A stretch of DNA of 64,000 bases from a virus. The notes beneath the pieces were generated by a model that saw nothing but the letters and a program-made list of their open reading frames with translations, did no database searches and had not been told where the DNA came from. Shown in pieces: positions 9,718 to 21,060 of the stretch. The stretch lies in IMG/VR virus record IMGVR_UViG_3300020187_000009, positions 84,785 through 148,784 of that record; one strand, written 5' to 3'. The position numbers were made by a program, and so were the translations under genes. Within the stretch, counting starts at the first letter, position 1; each line of letters starts with the position of its first letter.

Positions 9718-10197
9718 ATGAAAAGAATTGTAATGATGACATTGTTTCTTCCTTCTATGTTAATGAATAGTACCGAATTAAACGATATTTTACCTATCTA
9801 TGAAACAGAATGCATAGATACTGTCGAGCAAATACAGCCACTTCTAGAAAAAGATTTAATAAATGCATTAATATATGTAGAATCTAGAGGTAATGATTCT
9901 GCAGTTGGAGATATACATCTCGGTGAACCCTCAGTTGGTGTATTACAAATAAGACCTGTTATGGTTAGAGAAGTAAATCGTATTTTAAAAAAAATGGGTT
10001 CAACTCAACGATATAAATTAAAAGATAGATTTGATAGACAGAGCTCAATTGAAATGTTTTTATTTTGGAAAAACTACCATCATCCGGAAGGCGGTTTTGA
10101 AGAAATAGCTCGTTGTTGGAATGGTGGTCCAAGAGGTTTAAAAAATAAAAGAACTGAAAAGTATTGGGCTAAGGTTCAAAATCAATTAGATATATAA
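9718..10197 (+). CDS. Lytic transglycosylase (SLT/lysozyme-like)
   Basis: ALIYVES catalytic Glu, GVLQI, ARCWNGGP; signal-like N-terminus. Confidence 0.8.
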   Translation: MKRIVMMTLFLPSMLMNSTELNDILPIYETECIDTVEQIQPLLEKDLINALIYVESRGNDSAVGDIHLGEPSVGVLQIRPVMVREVNRILKKMGSTQRYKLKDRFDRQSSIEMFLFWKNYHHPEGGFEEIARCWNGGPRGLKNKRTEKYWAKVQNQLDI

Positions 10198-10223
10198 AGT
10201 AATTAAATAATATTAAATATAAG

Positions 10224-11168
10224 ATGGCAAAATATTTTGGAAACAAATTTGTTAAGGGCATAACTCAGTTTATACCAAATGATAACTACGGAGCGATGGA
10301 TTTTATAGAATACCATTGTAACAGTCTTGGAATTACTCGAGATCAATACATGCAAACATATGGAGTCCGCGAATCAGTAAATGAGGATGGAGACCACGAA
10401 GTTGGAATGGCACAGGGTCAATTAAATGCAATGTATAAATCTTTATCAAGCATTCAACAAAAGGTAGGAACTACTGAAAAAGACTTACCTGGATGGATTC
10501 AATCGCATATAACATCAGCATATGAATACTTAAAACAAGTAGATGATAACTTTCATGAATTAAAAGAAGCTGATTCTCTTTCTAATAGTAACATTGTTAA
10601 CGTATGGGAAGCAACTCAAACGTTTCCGGAATACAACAACGGATTAGAACCAGGAGAATATAGAAAAGAGATTAAAAAAGTACTTATAAAATTAAAAAGT
10701 ATAGCACAATATAATGATTCAGATAGTTCAGGTATGTATGTTATTAAATCTGAACCAGACAACGCAAATAAAGATTTAACTACAGAAATTAAAAAAGTAC
10801 TAAAGGGATTTGATGATAATCTAGATTTAGATAATATCACCAGTAATATAGGCCAACCTAATAGAATCAGTGGAAACGACCAGGAAAAAGGAATTGTAAC
10901 ATATATCATTCCTAAAAAGGTTGATTGGTGGACGCTTAAGAGAGCCGATGGTATAGATAAACCGAGTAAAGAAACTAAGTTAACTCCTGAAATAATTGAT
11001 TCAATTCTAGACAGAATGGCTCAAGTTTCAACAACTCAGGACCAATTAGCTAATACAGAGTGGACTTCTTTAGAAGATTTACTTAAAGCTGCTGAAGATC
11101 ATATGAGCGCCCGTAATTATAAAAATATATATAAGGAATTTAAGAAAAAATACCCGAAAATAAATTAG
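10224..11168 (+). CDS. Hypothetical late protein, possible internal head protein
   Basis: GATATATA at 10189; ESVNE and LKEA sites. Confidence 0.55.
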   Translation: MAKYFGNKFVKGITQFIPNDNYGAMDFIEYHCNSLGITRDQYMQTYGVRESVNEDGDHEVGMAQGQLNAMYKSLSSIQQKVGTTEKDLPGWIQSHITSAYEYLKQVDDNFHELKEADSLSNSNIVNVWEATQTFPEYNNGLEPGEYRKEIKKVLIKLKSIAQYNDSDSSGMYVIKSEPDNANKDLTTEIKKVLKGFDDNLDLDNITSNIGQPNRISGNDQEKGIVTYIIPKKVDWWTLKRADGIDKPSKETKLTPEIIDSILDRMAQVSTTQDQLANTEWTSLEDLLKAAEDHMSARNYKNIYKEFKKKYPKIN

Positions 11169-11169
11169 T

Positions 11170-11820
11170 ATGAAAAAGGTAAAACTATTTGAAGAGTTTG
11201 TCAACGAAGAATCTATTTCATTTGATAAATCGGGTGTTAAATCTAAATTAAAAGACAAGGTTAGAATTGCCAAAATAGCTGTTGAAAAATGGGGCGGTAG
11301 TTATACAAAGGTTTTAAAGAACGCTGAAGCAGCTCTTAAGTCTGGTAAATTACCTAATTATAAAGAACCCTTAATGGTTCAAGGTGATGACAAACAAGAC
11401 GATTATGATATATTTCGAGGAAGAAATTCTGTTAAATTAGCAGAGAAGATTTCTAAAGTAATTAAGAAGTATAAAAAATATGAAGTTGATCAGTCTTCGA
11501 CTGGAGCAGCTGGTGGATGGTCTGGTACAATGAGTTCTACTGTTGGCGGAGAAATTCAAGGTAGAGCAAACTTTAATCCAGGTGGTAGGAGAACCTACTT
11601 AATAGCAGTAACATGTGGGAGTGGGATTGATTCAAAAATTAAAGATAAAATGTTCCAAGAATTATATGAGTTGTTTTTTGTGATGGATCAATATAATTCA
11701 TTAGATGGTGGAGTAATGTTTGACTATAGTGAAGGTACAAATTACGACACTATTGGATTAACTAATGATTCTTATCAATTTGGAAACGCTGCGTCACTAT
11801 CAGACATAATGAATAACTAA
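11170..11820 (+). CDS. Putative internal head protein
   Basis: MKKVKLFEEFVNE leader. Confidence 0.6.
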   Translation: MKKVKLFEEFVNEESISFDKSGVKSKLKDKVRIAKIAVEKWGGSYTKVLKNAEAALKSGKLPNYKEPLMVQGDDKQDDYDIFRGRNSVKLAEKISKVIKKYKKYEVDQSSTGAAGGWSGTMSSTVGGEIQGRANFNPGGRRTYLIAVTCGSGIDSKIKDKMFQELYELFFVMDQYNSLDGGVMFDYSEGTNYDTIGLTNDSYQFGNAASLSDIMNN

Positions 11821-11824
11821 ATAT

Positions 11825-12037
11825 ATGAAACATACTACAGATTTTAACGAGTTTATTAATGAATCTAAAGAATCAGACGCATTAGCAAAGGGAATTAATA
11901 AAGCAATAATTAAAATCGACGATTCAATGTCATATGAGGATTTTGCTTTAGCAGTAGGTAAAGTATTAAAAGACGAATACGGGTCTCACAATTACAAGGG
12001 ATTTATGGAAGTCTTACATAAAAAATTAGGAATATAA
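11825..12037 (+). CDS. Putative internal head protein
   Basis: MKHTTDFNEFINES leader. Confidence 0.6.
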   Translation: MKHTTDFNEFINESKESDALAKGINKAIIKIDDSMSYEDFALAVGKVLKDEYGSHNYKGFMEVLHKKLGI

Positions 12038-14187
12038 TGAAATATATTAAGACAATAGAGGAACGAAGAGAAGATGTTGGTAAATACAACACTGTTAAGA
12101 AAGTAATTTCTAAATTAGGTAGAAGACCATCTGAACAAGATCTTGCAACATTTATTAATAATAACTATTATGATGTTACTGAAGTGGAACGAGGAGAAGA
12201 CGATCCATCGGCAAATGATAAAATAGCAGATTTAGTAGGATTTTACAAGTTTGATATTGATGATTGGGAAATTGCATGGGCTGATGCTCAAAACGAATCA
12301 GCAGTTACTGAAGCTAAGAATACTATTGGTCTAGCGTTTAAAGACGAAGATGATTATAATGGTTTTGTAGAATTTATTAAAGACGAAAAAGGTTCAATTA
12401 AAAAAGATTTTGGATGGGATTCTAAGACTAAGTCATGGGAAGTTATAATGGACGTTAAAGTTCTAGATAACATTTATGGTGAAGGAACTCCTAGTAATAA
12501 AGAGTCTGGATGGTACGGAGGATTACCTGGTGATTTTAAATCGGTAATAATCGAATCAGTAGTTACTGAAGCTAGATTTAATTATAAAGAAACCGGTCTT
12601 AGTGGTCAAAATTTGAAAGATGTAAAAGACGGAATTACTGGAATTAAGAATGCACTTAAAAGAGGTAATGAATCAGCGGTAATATCAAACTATGATTTAG
12701 TGCAACAAAGATTACAACAGTATGGTGGACCTAAGGCAAGTGAGTTTCTTAAAAAAATAAAACAACTAGCTGGACTGGATGAATCAGTAGTTACTGAAGG
12801 TAAAATGCCAAATAAATTCATTGGAAACGATGAAATAGTTTTTCTTAAAACAAAAGATAATTCAAGAGGAGCACACTATAACCTATATTACAAAGGACAC
12901 GATATTAATCTTGGTGGTCAATCATTTAAGAGTGAAAAGGATCTAAAGAGTTTTGCAGATAATTATATCCTGTCAATTCAGTGGTATAATAAACTAAAGT
13001 ATGAAGATGCAAAACCTTTACCAGAATCTGTAGTTACCGAAGCTAAAGCATATAAGTTAAAAGCTTCTGAATTTGGTTCAAATACATTCTCAGCGGCATA
13101 TAATGTAAAAGGCGAAACTACTTGGAGAGTTCATAGTACTTATGCTATCGATCAAGTATCTGGTGAAAACAACCCAGAAGAAAGAGATGTAGTTTTCTTT
13201 GAGGCAATGCCTATTAATAATGACATATACATTAAGATCGGTGGAATCAATAATCTTAAAAGAACCAATGGCGCTACAGTAGGTAATAACTTTGGTACTA
13301 CGATTGAAGAATGGAAAAAGGATCCAAAAGGAATTGCAAAAGAAGCTTCTGAATTTCTTACTGATGCAGCACACCTTAAATGGATAAACAAAAAAGCAAG
13401 AAGTGAAGGTCAAACAATTAAATGGGCCTTGAATGACGATTATTCTAGTGTTATTGAAGATCTAGTTAATAAATCATTAGGTCTTAGTGAATCAGGAGTT
13501 ACTACAATTGATCAGGACATAGAAAGGTATAATGTTATTAATAAAAATTCAGGTAAAGTAGTAGACAATAATTTGCCAATACATTTAGCTAAGAAATTTG
13601 CTGCAAAAAAGAAAGAATGGATTATCCAGAAAGTAGATGGATCGGTAGTTACTGAAGGTAAAACATCAGCAATATATACAGATCCTAAAACAGGAAAGGG
13701 ATATGATTTACAATATGTTTCTGGTAAAAAGAGATGGGAACTTGATGTAATGAAGAAAGATGCTAGCATATACTCTAATGCAATCACTACAATAAAAAGA
13801 GGTACTCTTGCTGAAATTCAAGAATGGTTAGATGGATATAAAATAGATTCTAGCTGGACTAAAGGTTTAAGTGAATCATTAAGTTTAAAACATGTTCTTA
13901 AACTAGATCAATTCTTGAATGAATCAAAAAGCGATTTTCAAGTTTATCACAATCAATATTCATCTGCAATTGATGAGGTTGAGAAATATGCTAATAAGAT
14001 GGGTTACGATCTAGACAATGGAGAGTATGGAAATGCATACGTTGATGGATTCTTTAAACCAAAAGATGGACAGACTAAGAAAGATACTCTAGCATTATAT
14101 AAAAACGGTAAAGAACAAAAGAAGGCAGTACACGTTCAAATATATGGTATGGGAAATAAATATGAATTAAACATGTACATTAACTAG
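12037..14187 (+). CDS. Modular polyprotein with repeated ESVVTE linkers
   Basis: Five ESVVTE-type linkers (ESAVTE, 3 x ESVVTE, GSVVTE) plus an internal KHVLKLDQFLNES. Confidence 0.65.
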   Translation: MKYIKTIEERREDVGKYNTVKKVISKLGRRPSEQDLATFINNNYYDVTEVERGEDDPSANDKIADLVGFYKFDIDDWEIAWADAQNESAVTEAKNTIGLAFKDEDDYNGFVEFIKDEKGSIKKDFGWDSKTKSWEVIMDVKVLDNIYGEGTPSNKESGWYGGLPGDFKSVIIESVVTEARFNYKETGLSGQNLKDVKDGITGIKNALKRGNESAVISNYDLVQQRLQQYGGPKASEFLKKIKQLAGLDESVVTEGKMPNKFIGNDEIVFLKTKDNSRGAHYNLYYKGHDINLGGQSFKSEKDLKSFADNYILSIQWYNKLKYEDAKPLPESVVTEAKAYKLKASEFGSNTFSAAYNVKGETTWRVHSTYAIDQVSGENNPEERDVVFFEAMPINNDIYIKIGGINNLKRTNGATVGNNFGTTIEEWKKDPKGIAKEASEFLTDAAHLKWINKKARSEGQTIKWALNDDYSSVIEDLVNKSLGLSESGVTTIDQDIERYNVINKNSGKVVDNNLPIHLAKKFAAKKKEWIIQKVDGSVVTEGKTSAIYTDPKTGKGYDLQYVSGKKRWELDVMKKDASIYSNAITTIKRGTLAEIQEWLDGYKIDSSWTKGLSESLSLKHVLKLDQFLNESKSDFQVYHNQYSSAIDEVEKYANKMGYDLDNGEYGNAYVDGFFKPKDGQTKKDTLALYKNGKEQKKAVHVQIYGMGNKYELNMYIN

Positions 14188-14214
14188 TTTACAACAAATT
14201 TAGTAGTATTATTT

Positions 14215-14243
14215 AAAGGACAGCAGAATATGCTGTCCTTTTT
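14215..14243 (+). terminator. Intrinsic terminator
   Basis: AAAGGACAGCA/TGCTGTCCTTT hairpin. Confidence 0.8.
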
Positions 14244-14276
14244 CTTTGATATATAAAAGAAAAGCAATATACTATT

Positions 14277-14663
14277 ATGTCGTCTAAAAGTAATGAAGAA
14301 TTAGTAAGCGAATTGATCGAATCGTTTTCTAGCCTAAAACAGAGAATGGAAGATCCTAATTACATTCAGCTAGACACTTCTATCCAACAGTTAATCAAAA
14401 ATCAGGAGGAGATGAAAGATAACATGACTGATCTTAAGTTAAGGTTATTAAACCCGTATGATGGTGCAATTGTTGAAATTAGAAAGAACACTGAGTTTAG
14501 ACAATTTCACGAAAAGAAGCAAAAAGAAATTGAAAAGGTACTAGAAGATCACAGAGACCTTGTAAAATGGAAGAGTAGTTTTTCTAAAGCGTTTTGGGTT
14601 CTATTTACTACAGGAGCTGGTCTTATTGCGTATATCTTAACTAATATTTTAGCTAAAAAATAA
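14277..14663 (+). CDS. Coiled-coil protein with C-terminal TM helix (holin/XhlA-like architecture)
   Basis: Heptad-rich body, hydrophobic C-terminus; GATATATA at 14248. Confidence 0.55.
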   Translation: MSSKSNEELVSELIESFSSLKQRMEDPNYIQLDTSIQQLIKNQEEMKDNMTDLKLRLLNPYDGAIVEIRKNTEFRQFHEKKQKEIEKVLEDHRDLVKWKSSFSKAFWVLFTTGAGLIAYILTNILAKK

Positions 14664-15220
14664 TGGTATTCGAACGTATAACTCTTATTAATATATACGA
14701 TGCCTTAAAGGAAATAGAGGCTAACGAAAGCAAAGTTAGCTCAGTTTTAATTAACATGGTATCTAAGCGTGGATCTAAAACTATACCTAGGTTTGATTCT
14801 ATTGATTCATTAAAAAAGTTCATAGTAGATAACTATCCATTTATAAAACTAGACAATCCGGAATGCGAATGCTATACATGTGATGAAAGTGTTGCTAGCT
14901 TATTAAATTTTACGATTACAAATGGAGAAGAAAAGATCTTTATTAATAATATTAGAGAGAATTTTCAATCTGCAAAAAGTAATAGAGTAAATGACATAAC
15001 AACAAATACGTTAAACACATTGTTTAAATTAACGTCAACTCTTAATGGTATTTTTGTCAAATATGTTTGTTTTACATATATTAATCCGAATTCAACATAT
15101 ATTAATCCATGTGATTATATAGATCAGACAAAGAATAAGGCATACGAAGATTTAATTGATAAATATTATATAAAAACCAAAAGACCTGATTTTCCAGGAA
15201 TAAAAAAGAAGAACTGCTAA
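14663..15220 (+). CDS. Hypothetical protein
   Basis: 185-aa ORF coupled to its neighbours. Confidence 0.65.
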   Translation: MVFERITLINIYDALKEIEANESKVSSVLINMVSKRGSKTIPRFDSIDSLKKFIVDNYPFIKLDNPECECYTCDESVASLLNFTITNGEEKIFINNIRENFQSAKSNRVNDITTNTLNTLFKLTSTLNGIFVKYVCFTYINPNSTYINPCDYIDQTKNKAYEDLIDKYYIKTKRPDFPGIKKKNC

Positions 15221-15221
15221 C

Positions 15222-17177
15222 ATGGCAAGAAAGACATTACAACAATACGCTATCTTATTTCAACAAAAGGGTATACCAGCATCTATGTATACTGGTATAA
15301 ATGGACAATGGATGCCACTTCTTCCGGGATTATTAGGAAGACCATTGTCGCATGATGAAATGGACTACAATTTAGAACTTTCAGACGAGACAATTAAAAA
15401 CTATAAAGTAGCTAATTTTATTGAATCTACACAGGTTGAAAAGTATCTAAAATTTACAGAAACTAATGGTACATATGAATGGACGTTAGATATTCCAAAC
15501 GCTGACGGAACTTCTGGAACTTCTGGAACGTCAGGAGTTGATGGAACTTTTTTTGGGACACATGGAACAAGCGGAACAGACGGAAGCGACGGTGCTGCTG
15601 GAAACGACGGTACTGATGGAACAAGCGGAACAGACGGTTCTGTCGGTGCTCCCGGATTACCTGGAGAGTTTTTTGGATCAAGTGGAACAAGCGGAACAGA
15701 TGGTGCACAAGGAGAACCGGGAATTGATGGAGCTTTTTTAGGTACTCATGGAACTTCAGGTACTGATGGAGAGCAGGGAGAGCAGGGAGAGCAGGGAGAG
15801 CCTGGAAAGCCTGGAGAGTTTTTTGGATCAAGTGGAACAAGCGGAACAAGCGGAACAGACGGAAGCGACGGTGCTAATGGAACAAGTGGTAAAACAGGAG
15901 TTGCAGGTACTTCAGGTAAAGATGGTACTTCAGGTACTTCAGGAGTTGATGGAACTTTTTTAGGTACTCATGGAACTTCTGGAATTGATGGAACTTCTGG
16001 AATTGATGGAACTTCTGGAATTGATGGAACTTCTGGAGTTGATGGAACTTCTGGAGTTGATGGAACTTCTGGAGTTGATGGAACTTCTGGAGTTGATGGA
16101 ACTTCTGGAGTTGATGGAACAAGTGGAATCCTAACAGGCGGCGTAGCATATGGTCAGATGTTTGAAATAAATGGAGCACCAAGACTTCTTGCCCTTAACA
16201 CGTATGAAGGTTGGAATACTGAAACTCTTGGAGAAGTAAGTGAATTAAAGCATGTTGCAGGTACTGGATCTGCAGCTTCAACGTTTGCTCCTAATATTAG
16301 GTATGCAGGAGTATATCAGATAAATGTTCAATTGTCTTTAGAAGTAGATACTAATAATACAGATGTTTGGTGCGTAATTGAATTAAATGGTCTTCCGATA
16401 GCTTCAACTGAAGTTAGACGCGAGTTTGATTCTGGTAAAATTGGTTCGTTTGGTATAACGGAGCTAGTTGACTTAGCGGTAGGTGATACATTAGGAGTTT
16501 ACTTTAAAAGAACATCTCCAGGAGCTGCAGTTAATTTTACTCCTATTAACTTTTCGTTTGACGTAGTTAAGGTTGTTGGTGTAGGAACACCTGGAACTAG
16601 CGGAACTAGCGGAGGATCTGGATCTCCGGCAGGAGGAACTAGTGGACAAATACTTGAAAAAATAGACAGTATTGACTATAACACACAATGGTCTACCATA
16701 AACAAGTTAACGGGAGTTCCAACTATAATGGTACTTACGGAGCCGCTTGAGGTAACAGGAGATACTGATGTAATATTCGATTCATGGATTGACCATGATA
16801 GCCTTGGTAACAACGTCCGAACCGTACTGAATGGTGGTAACTTTAGAGCCCTTAACCTTATGGAAGCTGGAGAGTACATGATAGAATATTCATTTAAAAT
16901 TGAAACACCAAGTGGAACAGTGCCTACAAATTCTGCAATGCAGCTAAAGGAACTTAATGCGGGCAATGTATTCTCAACTGATCTACACGCTGTATCATCT
17001 GACACAAATTCCGACATCAGACATGGTAGATTCATTTTTAGGGCAATTGGTGTAGGTAGTTGGCTAGTATACATGAACTTTCAGAAAGATGCAACAGGTA
17101 TAAATGATGGTGTTAACTATGTAATTTCAGAGCTATATCTTACAGCAAGCCATTTTAAACATGGTTTTACTACGTAG
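15222..17177 (+). CDS. Collagen-like (Gly-Thr-Ser) fibre protein with beta-rich C-terminal domains
   Basis: GTSGxD repeats; [16 protein letters not shown] fibre motif. Confidence 0.75.
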   Translation: MARKTLQQYAILFQQKGIPASMYTGINGQWMPLLPGLLGRPLSHDEMDYNLELSDETIKNYKVANFIESTQVEKYLKFTETNGTYEWTLDIPNADGTSGTSGTSGVDGTFFGTHGTSGTDGSDGAAGNDGTDGTSGTDGSVGAPGLPGEFFGSSGTSGTDGAQGEPGIDGAFLGTHGTSGTDGEQGEQGEQGEPGKPGEFFGSSGTSGTSGTDGSDGANGTSGKTGVAGTSGKDGTSGTSGVDGTFLGTHGTSGIDGTSGIDGTSGIDGTSGVDGTSGVDGTSGVDGTSGVDGTSGVDGTSGILTGGVAYGQMFEINGAPRLLALNTYEGWNTETLGEVSELKHVAGTGSAASTFAPNIRYAGVYQINVQLSLEVDTNNTDVWCVIELNGLPIASTEVRREFDSGKIGSFGITELVDLAVGDTLGVYFKRTSPGAAVNFTPINFSFDVVKVVGVGTPGTSGTSGGSGSPAGGTSGQILEKIDSIDYNTQWSTINKLTGVPTIMVLTEPLEVTGDTDVIFDSWIDHDSLGNNVRTVLNGGNFRALNLMEAGEYMIEYSFKIETPSGTVPTNSAMQLKELNAGNVFSTDLHAVSSDTNSDIRHGRFIFRAIGVGSWLVYMNFQKDATGINDGVNYVISELYLTASHFKHGFTT

Positions 17178-17224
17178 CTGAAACATTCTTAATAATATAC
17201 ATATAATAGTTAAATAGCTATTGT

Positions 17225-18544
17225 ATGATTAAAACTTTACTTCCTACTGCAATAATATACGGAACTGGGAATAGTGGGTTTTCGCAAATTAAATCGGACG
17301 TATATTATGAAGAAAACTTACAAGAGCTTGTAAATGTACACAGGCTTGAGTTTTCTAACGAGTCTGATATTAGATACCAAATATCGAAAGTTAATGCTGA
17401 TTTAATTATAGTTATTGGAGAAAACTCACAGAGATTAATACAGCAGACACTTGACTATAGGGATACATTAATTAACAATGCAACTATTTTCTATCAAGAG
17501 GAGCCACCTCAGAATATACTAGCAAATGATATAGTATGTCAATCGACTAATAGCAGTTGCAGAATCAATCAGAGTGTTTTCTGCAATACAGATTTACCAT
17601 ATTTTAGCGCTTTCACTGGTACATACAAAACCGAAGAAAGGTTAACGCGGGCATATCAAGGATTGCTTAACCAGACCTATCCAAACTGGGAATGGATAAT
17701 AGTTGACGACTCTCCTTTAGACCATAATAAGACATGGGAAATTGCAACGGAAATTGCAAAATCTGATAATCGAGTAAAAATATATCGAATTACTCCATCT
17801 AGTGGAGGGAATGTCGGAGAGGTAAAACATCGGGCAGCGAGTATCTGTAACGGAAATTGGTTATTTGAGCTAGATCATGACGATATGGCAATTTCTACTC
17901 TATTTGAAGATTGCGCATTGGCTATTAAAAAACACCCAGATTCAGGATTTATTTACACTGATGTCTGTGAGCTTTATGAAAATGGAGAGATGAGAACGTA
18001 TGGGTTAACCGCTCCTAATAGAGAATGGTATGGAAATCCTGACAATATGTTTAATTGGGGATATAGCGGACATGATTGGGTAGAGGCTGATGGACAAAGA
18101 TATTTAACACATTACTATCCTGAAATAAATCCAAAAACAATTAGGTTTAATATTGGTATGCCAAATCATGCTCGGCTTTGGAGAAAAGATGTGTATTCTA
18201 AAGTTGGAGGTCATAATCGACAAGTATCAGTAGCCGATGATTATGAATTAATTGTAAAGACCTTTCTTGAAACGAAGTTTATACATATTCGAAAGATGCT
18301 GTATTTACAATTTAATAATCATAACTCAACCGTTGATAATAACTCAACTGATATTAATAGAAGGTCTAGACTAATTAAGGATTACTATGATCCATTGATT
18401 CATAAAAGAATAGAAGAACTTGGTAAGCACGATAGCTGCTGGATTGATAAATTAAATAGAGCCGGAAAATTACAAAATGATATGACTGGTGTTTTAATGG
18501 GAGATAATGAACAAATTTTAAATTATATAGTAGATGAAAAATAA
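17225..18544 (+). CDS. Glycosyltransferase family 2
   Basis: LLNQTYPNWEWIIVDDS, ELDHDD, ADDYEL motifs. Confidence 0.85.
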   Translation: MIKTLLPTAIIYGTGNSGFSQIKSDVYYEENLQELVNVHRLEFSNESDIRYQISKVNADLIIVIGENSQRLIQQTLDYRDTLINNATIFYQEEPPQNILANDIVCQSTNSSCRINQSVFCNTDLPYFSAFTGTYKTEERLTRAYQGLLNQTYPNWEWIIVDDSPLDHNKTWEIATEIAKSDNRVKIYRITPSSGGNVGEVKHRAASICNGNWLFELDHDDMAISTLFEDCALAIKKHPDSGFIYTDVCELYENGEMRTYGLTAPNREWYGNPDNMFNWGYSGHDWVEADGQRYLTHYYPEINPKTIRFNIGMPNHARLWRKDVYSKVGGHNRQVSVADDYELIVKTFLETKFIHIRKMLYLQFNNHNSTVDNNSTDINRRSRLIKDYYDPLIHKRIEELGKHDSCWIDKLNRAGKLQNDMTGVLMGDNEQILNYIVDEK

Positions 18545-19823
18545 TAAGCATACAATTAATATTGAAGAATGGGACCAGCTTTCAGAAAAGGAGCAAAAGA
18601 AAGTTACTAAAATTATATTTACAGGAACTAAAAAAGTAAGTGATGTAAAGGATAGGCCAAGTATGGCTTTTGCTACTATGTGTAAAAATGAGGAACATTG
18701 TATAGGTGTTACATTAGCACATGCCGGTAAGCACTGTGACTATGTAGTAGTAGCTGATAATGGTTCTACCGATGGCACATTTGATGTAGTAAGAAAATTC
18801 TTTGATGAATCAGGGTTGCCTGGTTCATGGCATGTTGATCCTTGGGATGGTTATGCAATTAATAAAACAAAGATGCTATCTTATGTAAAAGATAAAACTG
18901 AATACCTTTTACACCTAGATGCAGATGATCGGGTTTCTGAAGATTTTTATTTTACTAATGAAGACGCTGGTTTTGATTATTACATGATGACAATGTACCG
19001 TGGTTTATCTACATGGAAAGCAACTGTAGTTTATAAAAATGATCTTACTTGGAGATTTTTAGGAACGGCGCATACGATTGTTAAAGCTAATAAAGAAAAT
19101 CTGACGCAAGGAGATCTTACCGAAAGAGGTCATTGTAATTGTGATGGTATTGGATCCCGCGCGTTTGATCCAAAAAAATATTGGTATGATGGTGAAAGAT
19201 TAACAAAACAATTCTGGGATTGTTTAATAGATGATCCTGATGGTTTATTGACCAGATCTGCATTTTACGCAGGGCAAAGCTATATGGATTACCAAGTAGA
19301 TGGTTGTACGGAAAAAGCACTACAGTGGTATAGATTGTTTTTAAGATTTAAAGATACGTGGATTGAAGAGCAGTATGAAGCTCAAATGAGATTAAGTAGA
19401 ATCTTAATGAGATTAGACGATCATGAAAATAGATTTGAAGAAATTAAAAATGAAATGGACAAAGCAATTGATATATTTAGCGATAGGGCAGAAGCTTATT
19501 ATTTCTTTGGGGAATATTGCTGTCAACAAAATAGACATGATTTAGCATATGATTATTTAAAGAAAGCAAAAGAATGCAACTTAGAATATGCTGAAAAAAA
19601 CTATCAGTTATTTGTTAATAGAACTGTTTATGGAGTTTATACTAATAATTGGCTTTCTGTTGCGTGCTATTGGACAAATCGAATAGATGAAGGTAAAGGT
19701 TACATAAATGAAATTTTAGAAAATGATGAACATTGCGAAACCTTTAAGGATGTGTTAGATCATTATAAAACCAATCTAGAACATTTTAATAATTTAGAAA
19801 AAGAAATATTAAATAATGCGTAA
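18534..19823 (+). CDS. GT2 glycosyltransferase with C-terminal TPR-like repeats
   Basis: KNEEH, ADNGSTDGT, LDADD; FYAGQSY, RAEAYY helical repeats. Confidence 0.85.
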   Translation: MKNNKHTINIEEWDQLSEKEQKKVTKIIFTGTKKVSDVKDRPSMAFATMCKNEEHCIGVTLAHAGKHCDYVVVADNGSTDGTFDVVRKFFDESGLPGSWHVDPWDGYAINKTKMLSYVKDKTEYLLHLDADDRVSEDFYFTNEDAGFDYYMMTMYRGLSTWKATVVYKNDLTWRFLGTAHTIVKANKENLTQGDLTERGHCNCDGIGSRAFDPKKYWYDGERLTKQFWDCLIDDPDGLLTRSAFYAGQSYMDYQVDGCTEKALQWYRLFLRFKDTWIEEQYEAQMRLSRILMRLDDHENRFEEIKNEMDKAIDIFSDRAEAYYFFGEYCCQQNRHDLAYDYLKKAKECNLEYAEKNYQLFVNRTVYGVYTNNWLSVACYWTNRIDEGKGYINEILENDEHCETFKDVLDHYKTNLEHFNNLEKEILNNA

Positions 19824-21060
19824 CGTAGATACATTGATTATTGGAGGTGGAATTACTGGATTATCAACAGCTGCGTTCTTAGGAAAAGATTCTGATTACC
19901 TAATTCTTGAGGGAGCTAGCGAATTAGGAGGCTACTGCAAAACCACGAAAAGAAATGGTTTTGTTTGGGATTATAGCGGACATTTCTTTCATTTTAGAAA
20001 TAATGAAATAAAAAAGTATATGATGTCAGAAATGGCATGTGAAGTCGTAACCGTTAAAAAAATAACCGATATTGATTACAAAGGTACTGTTATTGATTTT
20101 CCATTTCAGTACAATATTCACCAATTACCAAAAGAAGATTTCTTAGAATGTTTAAGGGACATGTATCATTTGGGTGATATAGATAATGAAAATTTTAAAT
20201 CATTTGTTAATTCTACATCAGGTAAATCAATTTCTGAAAAGTTTCTAATACCATACAATGAAAAATTATATGCATGCGATCTTAATAAATTAGATGCGGA
20301 TGCTATGGGTAGATTCTTTCCAAAGCCAATTAAGTTTGACGAACTTATGAAAAAAATAACAGTTCCTGACGACTATGAATCATATAATGGAACATTTATT
20401 TATCCAGTAGACGGTAGTTTTGAATTTATTAAATCTATATTAAAAAGAGTAGATGAAAATAAAATATGGTTAAATTCTAAGGCTAATAAAATCGACTCTG
20501 ATAAAAAAATAGTCTATACAGATAATGGAGAAGTTCATTATAATACTTTAATTAGTACTATGCCTTTCAATAAAATATTACCTATGGTTTCAGGTGATTC
20601 TACTTCAGAATTATCATCAAATAAAGTAGCAGTTTTTAATTTAGGGTTCGATAAAGGTACCGATATAAAAACTCATTGGAGGTATTTTCCAGGTGACGAA
20701 ATATTTTATCGTATAGGTTTTTATAATAATATTTTAGGTACTGATAAGTTAAGTTTGTACGTTGAAATCGGCGCACAGAGTGGTGAATTGTTAGAAGAAA
20801 AAGTATTATTAGATAAAATTATAAAGGATCTTAGTAAAGCTGGAGTAATTACAAATCATAATCTAATAGATCATCAATTCATTATTATGGATCCTGCGTA
20901 TGTTCACATAACAAAAGAAAGTGAAAAATCATATAAAACATTTTGTAAAAATTTTAATAAAAAAGGAATATATTCTATAGGAAGGTATGGTTCGTGGACT
21001 TATTGTTCTATTGAAGATAATATAATACAGGCTAGAGAATTAATTAATAATATTACATGA
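19816..21060 (+). CDS. FAD-dependent oxidoreductase (UDP-galactopyranose mutase/protoporphyrinogen oxidase-like)
   Basis: IIGGGITG, LGG, DYSGHFFH, GRYGSWTY. Confidence 0.8.
   Translation: MRNVDTLIIGGGITGLSTAAFLGKDSDYLILEGASELGGYCKTTKRNGFVWDYSGHFFHFRNNEIKKYMMSEMACEVVTVKKITDIDYKGTVIDFPFQYNIHQLPKEDFLECLRDMYHLGDIDNENFKSFVNSTSGKSISEKFLIPYNEKLYACDLNKLDADAMGRFFPKPIKFDELMKKITVPDDYESYNGTFIYPVDGSFEFIKSILKRVDENKIWLNSKANKIDSDKKIVYTDNGEVHYNTLISTMPFNKILPMVSGDSTSELSSNKVAVFNLGFDKGTDIKTHWRYFPGDEIFYRIGFYNNILGTDKLSLYVEIGAQSGELLEEKVLLDKIIKDLSKAGVITNHNLIDHQFIIMDPAYVHITKESEKSYKTFCKNFNKKGIYSIGRYGSWTYCSIEDNIIQARELINNIT

Noticed and set aside
15970-16125. 18-bp tandem repeats as a CRISPR array
   Set aside because: There are no unique spacers; the repeats encode GTSG(I/V)D in frame.
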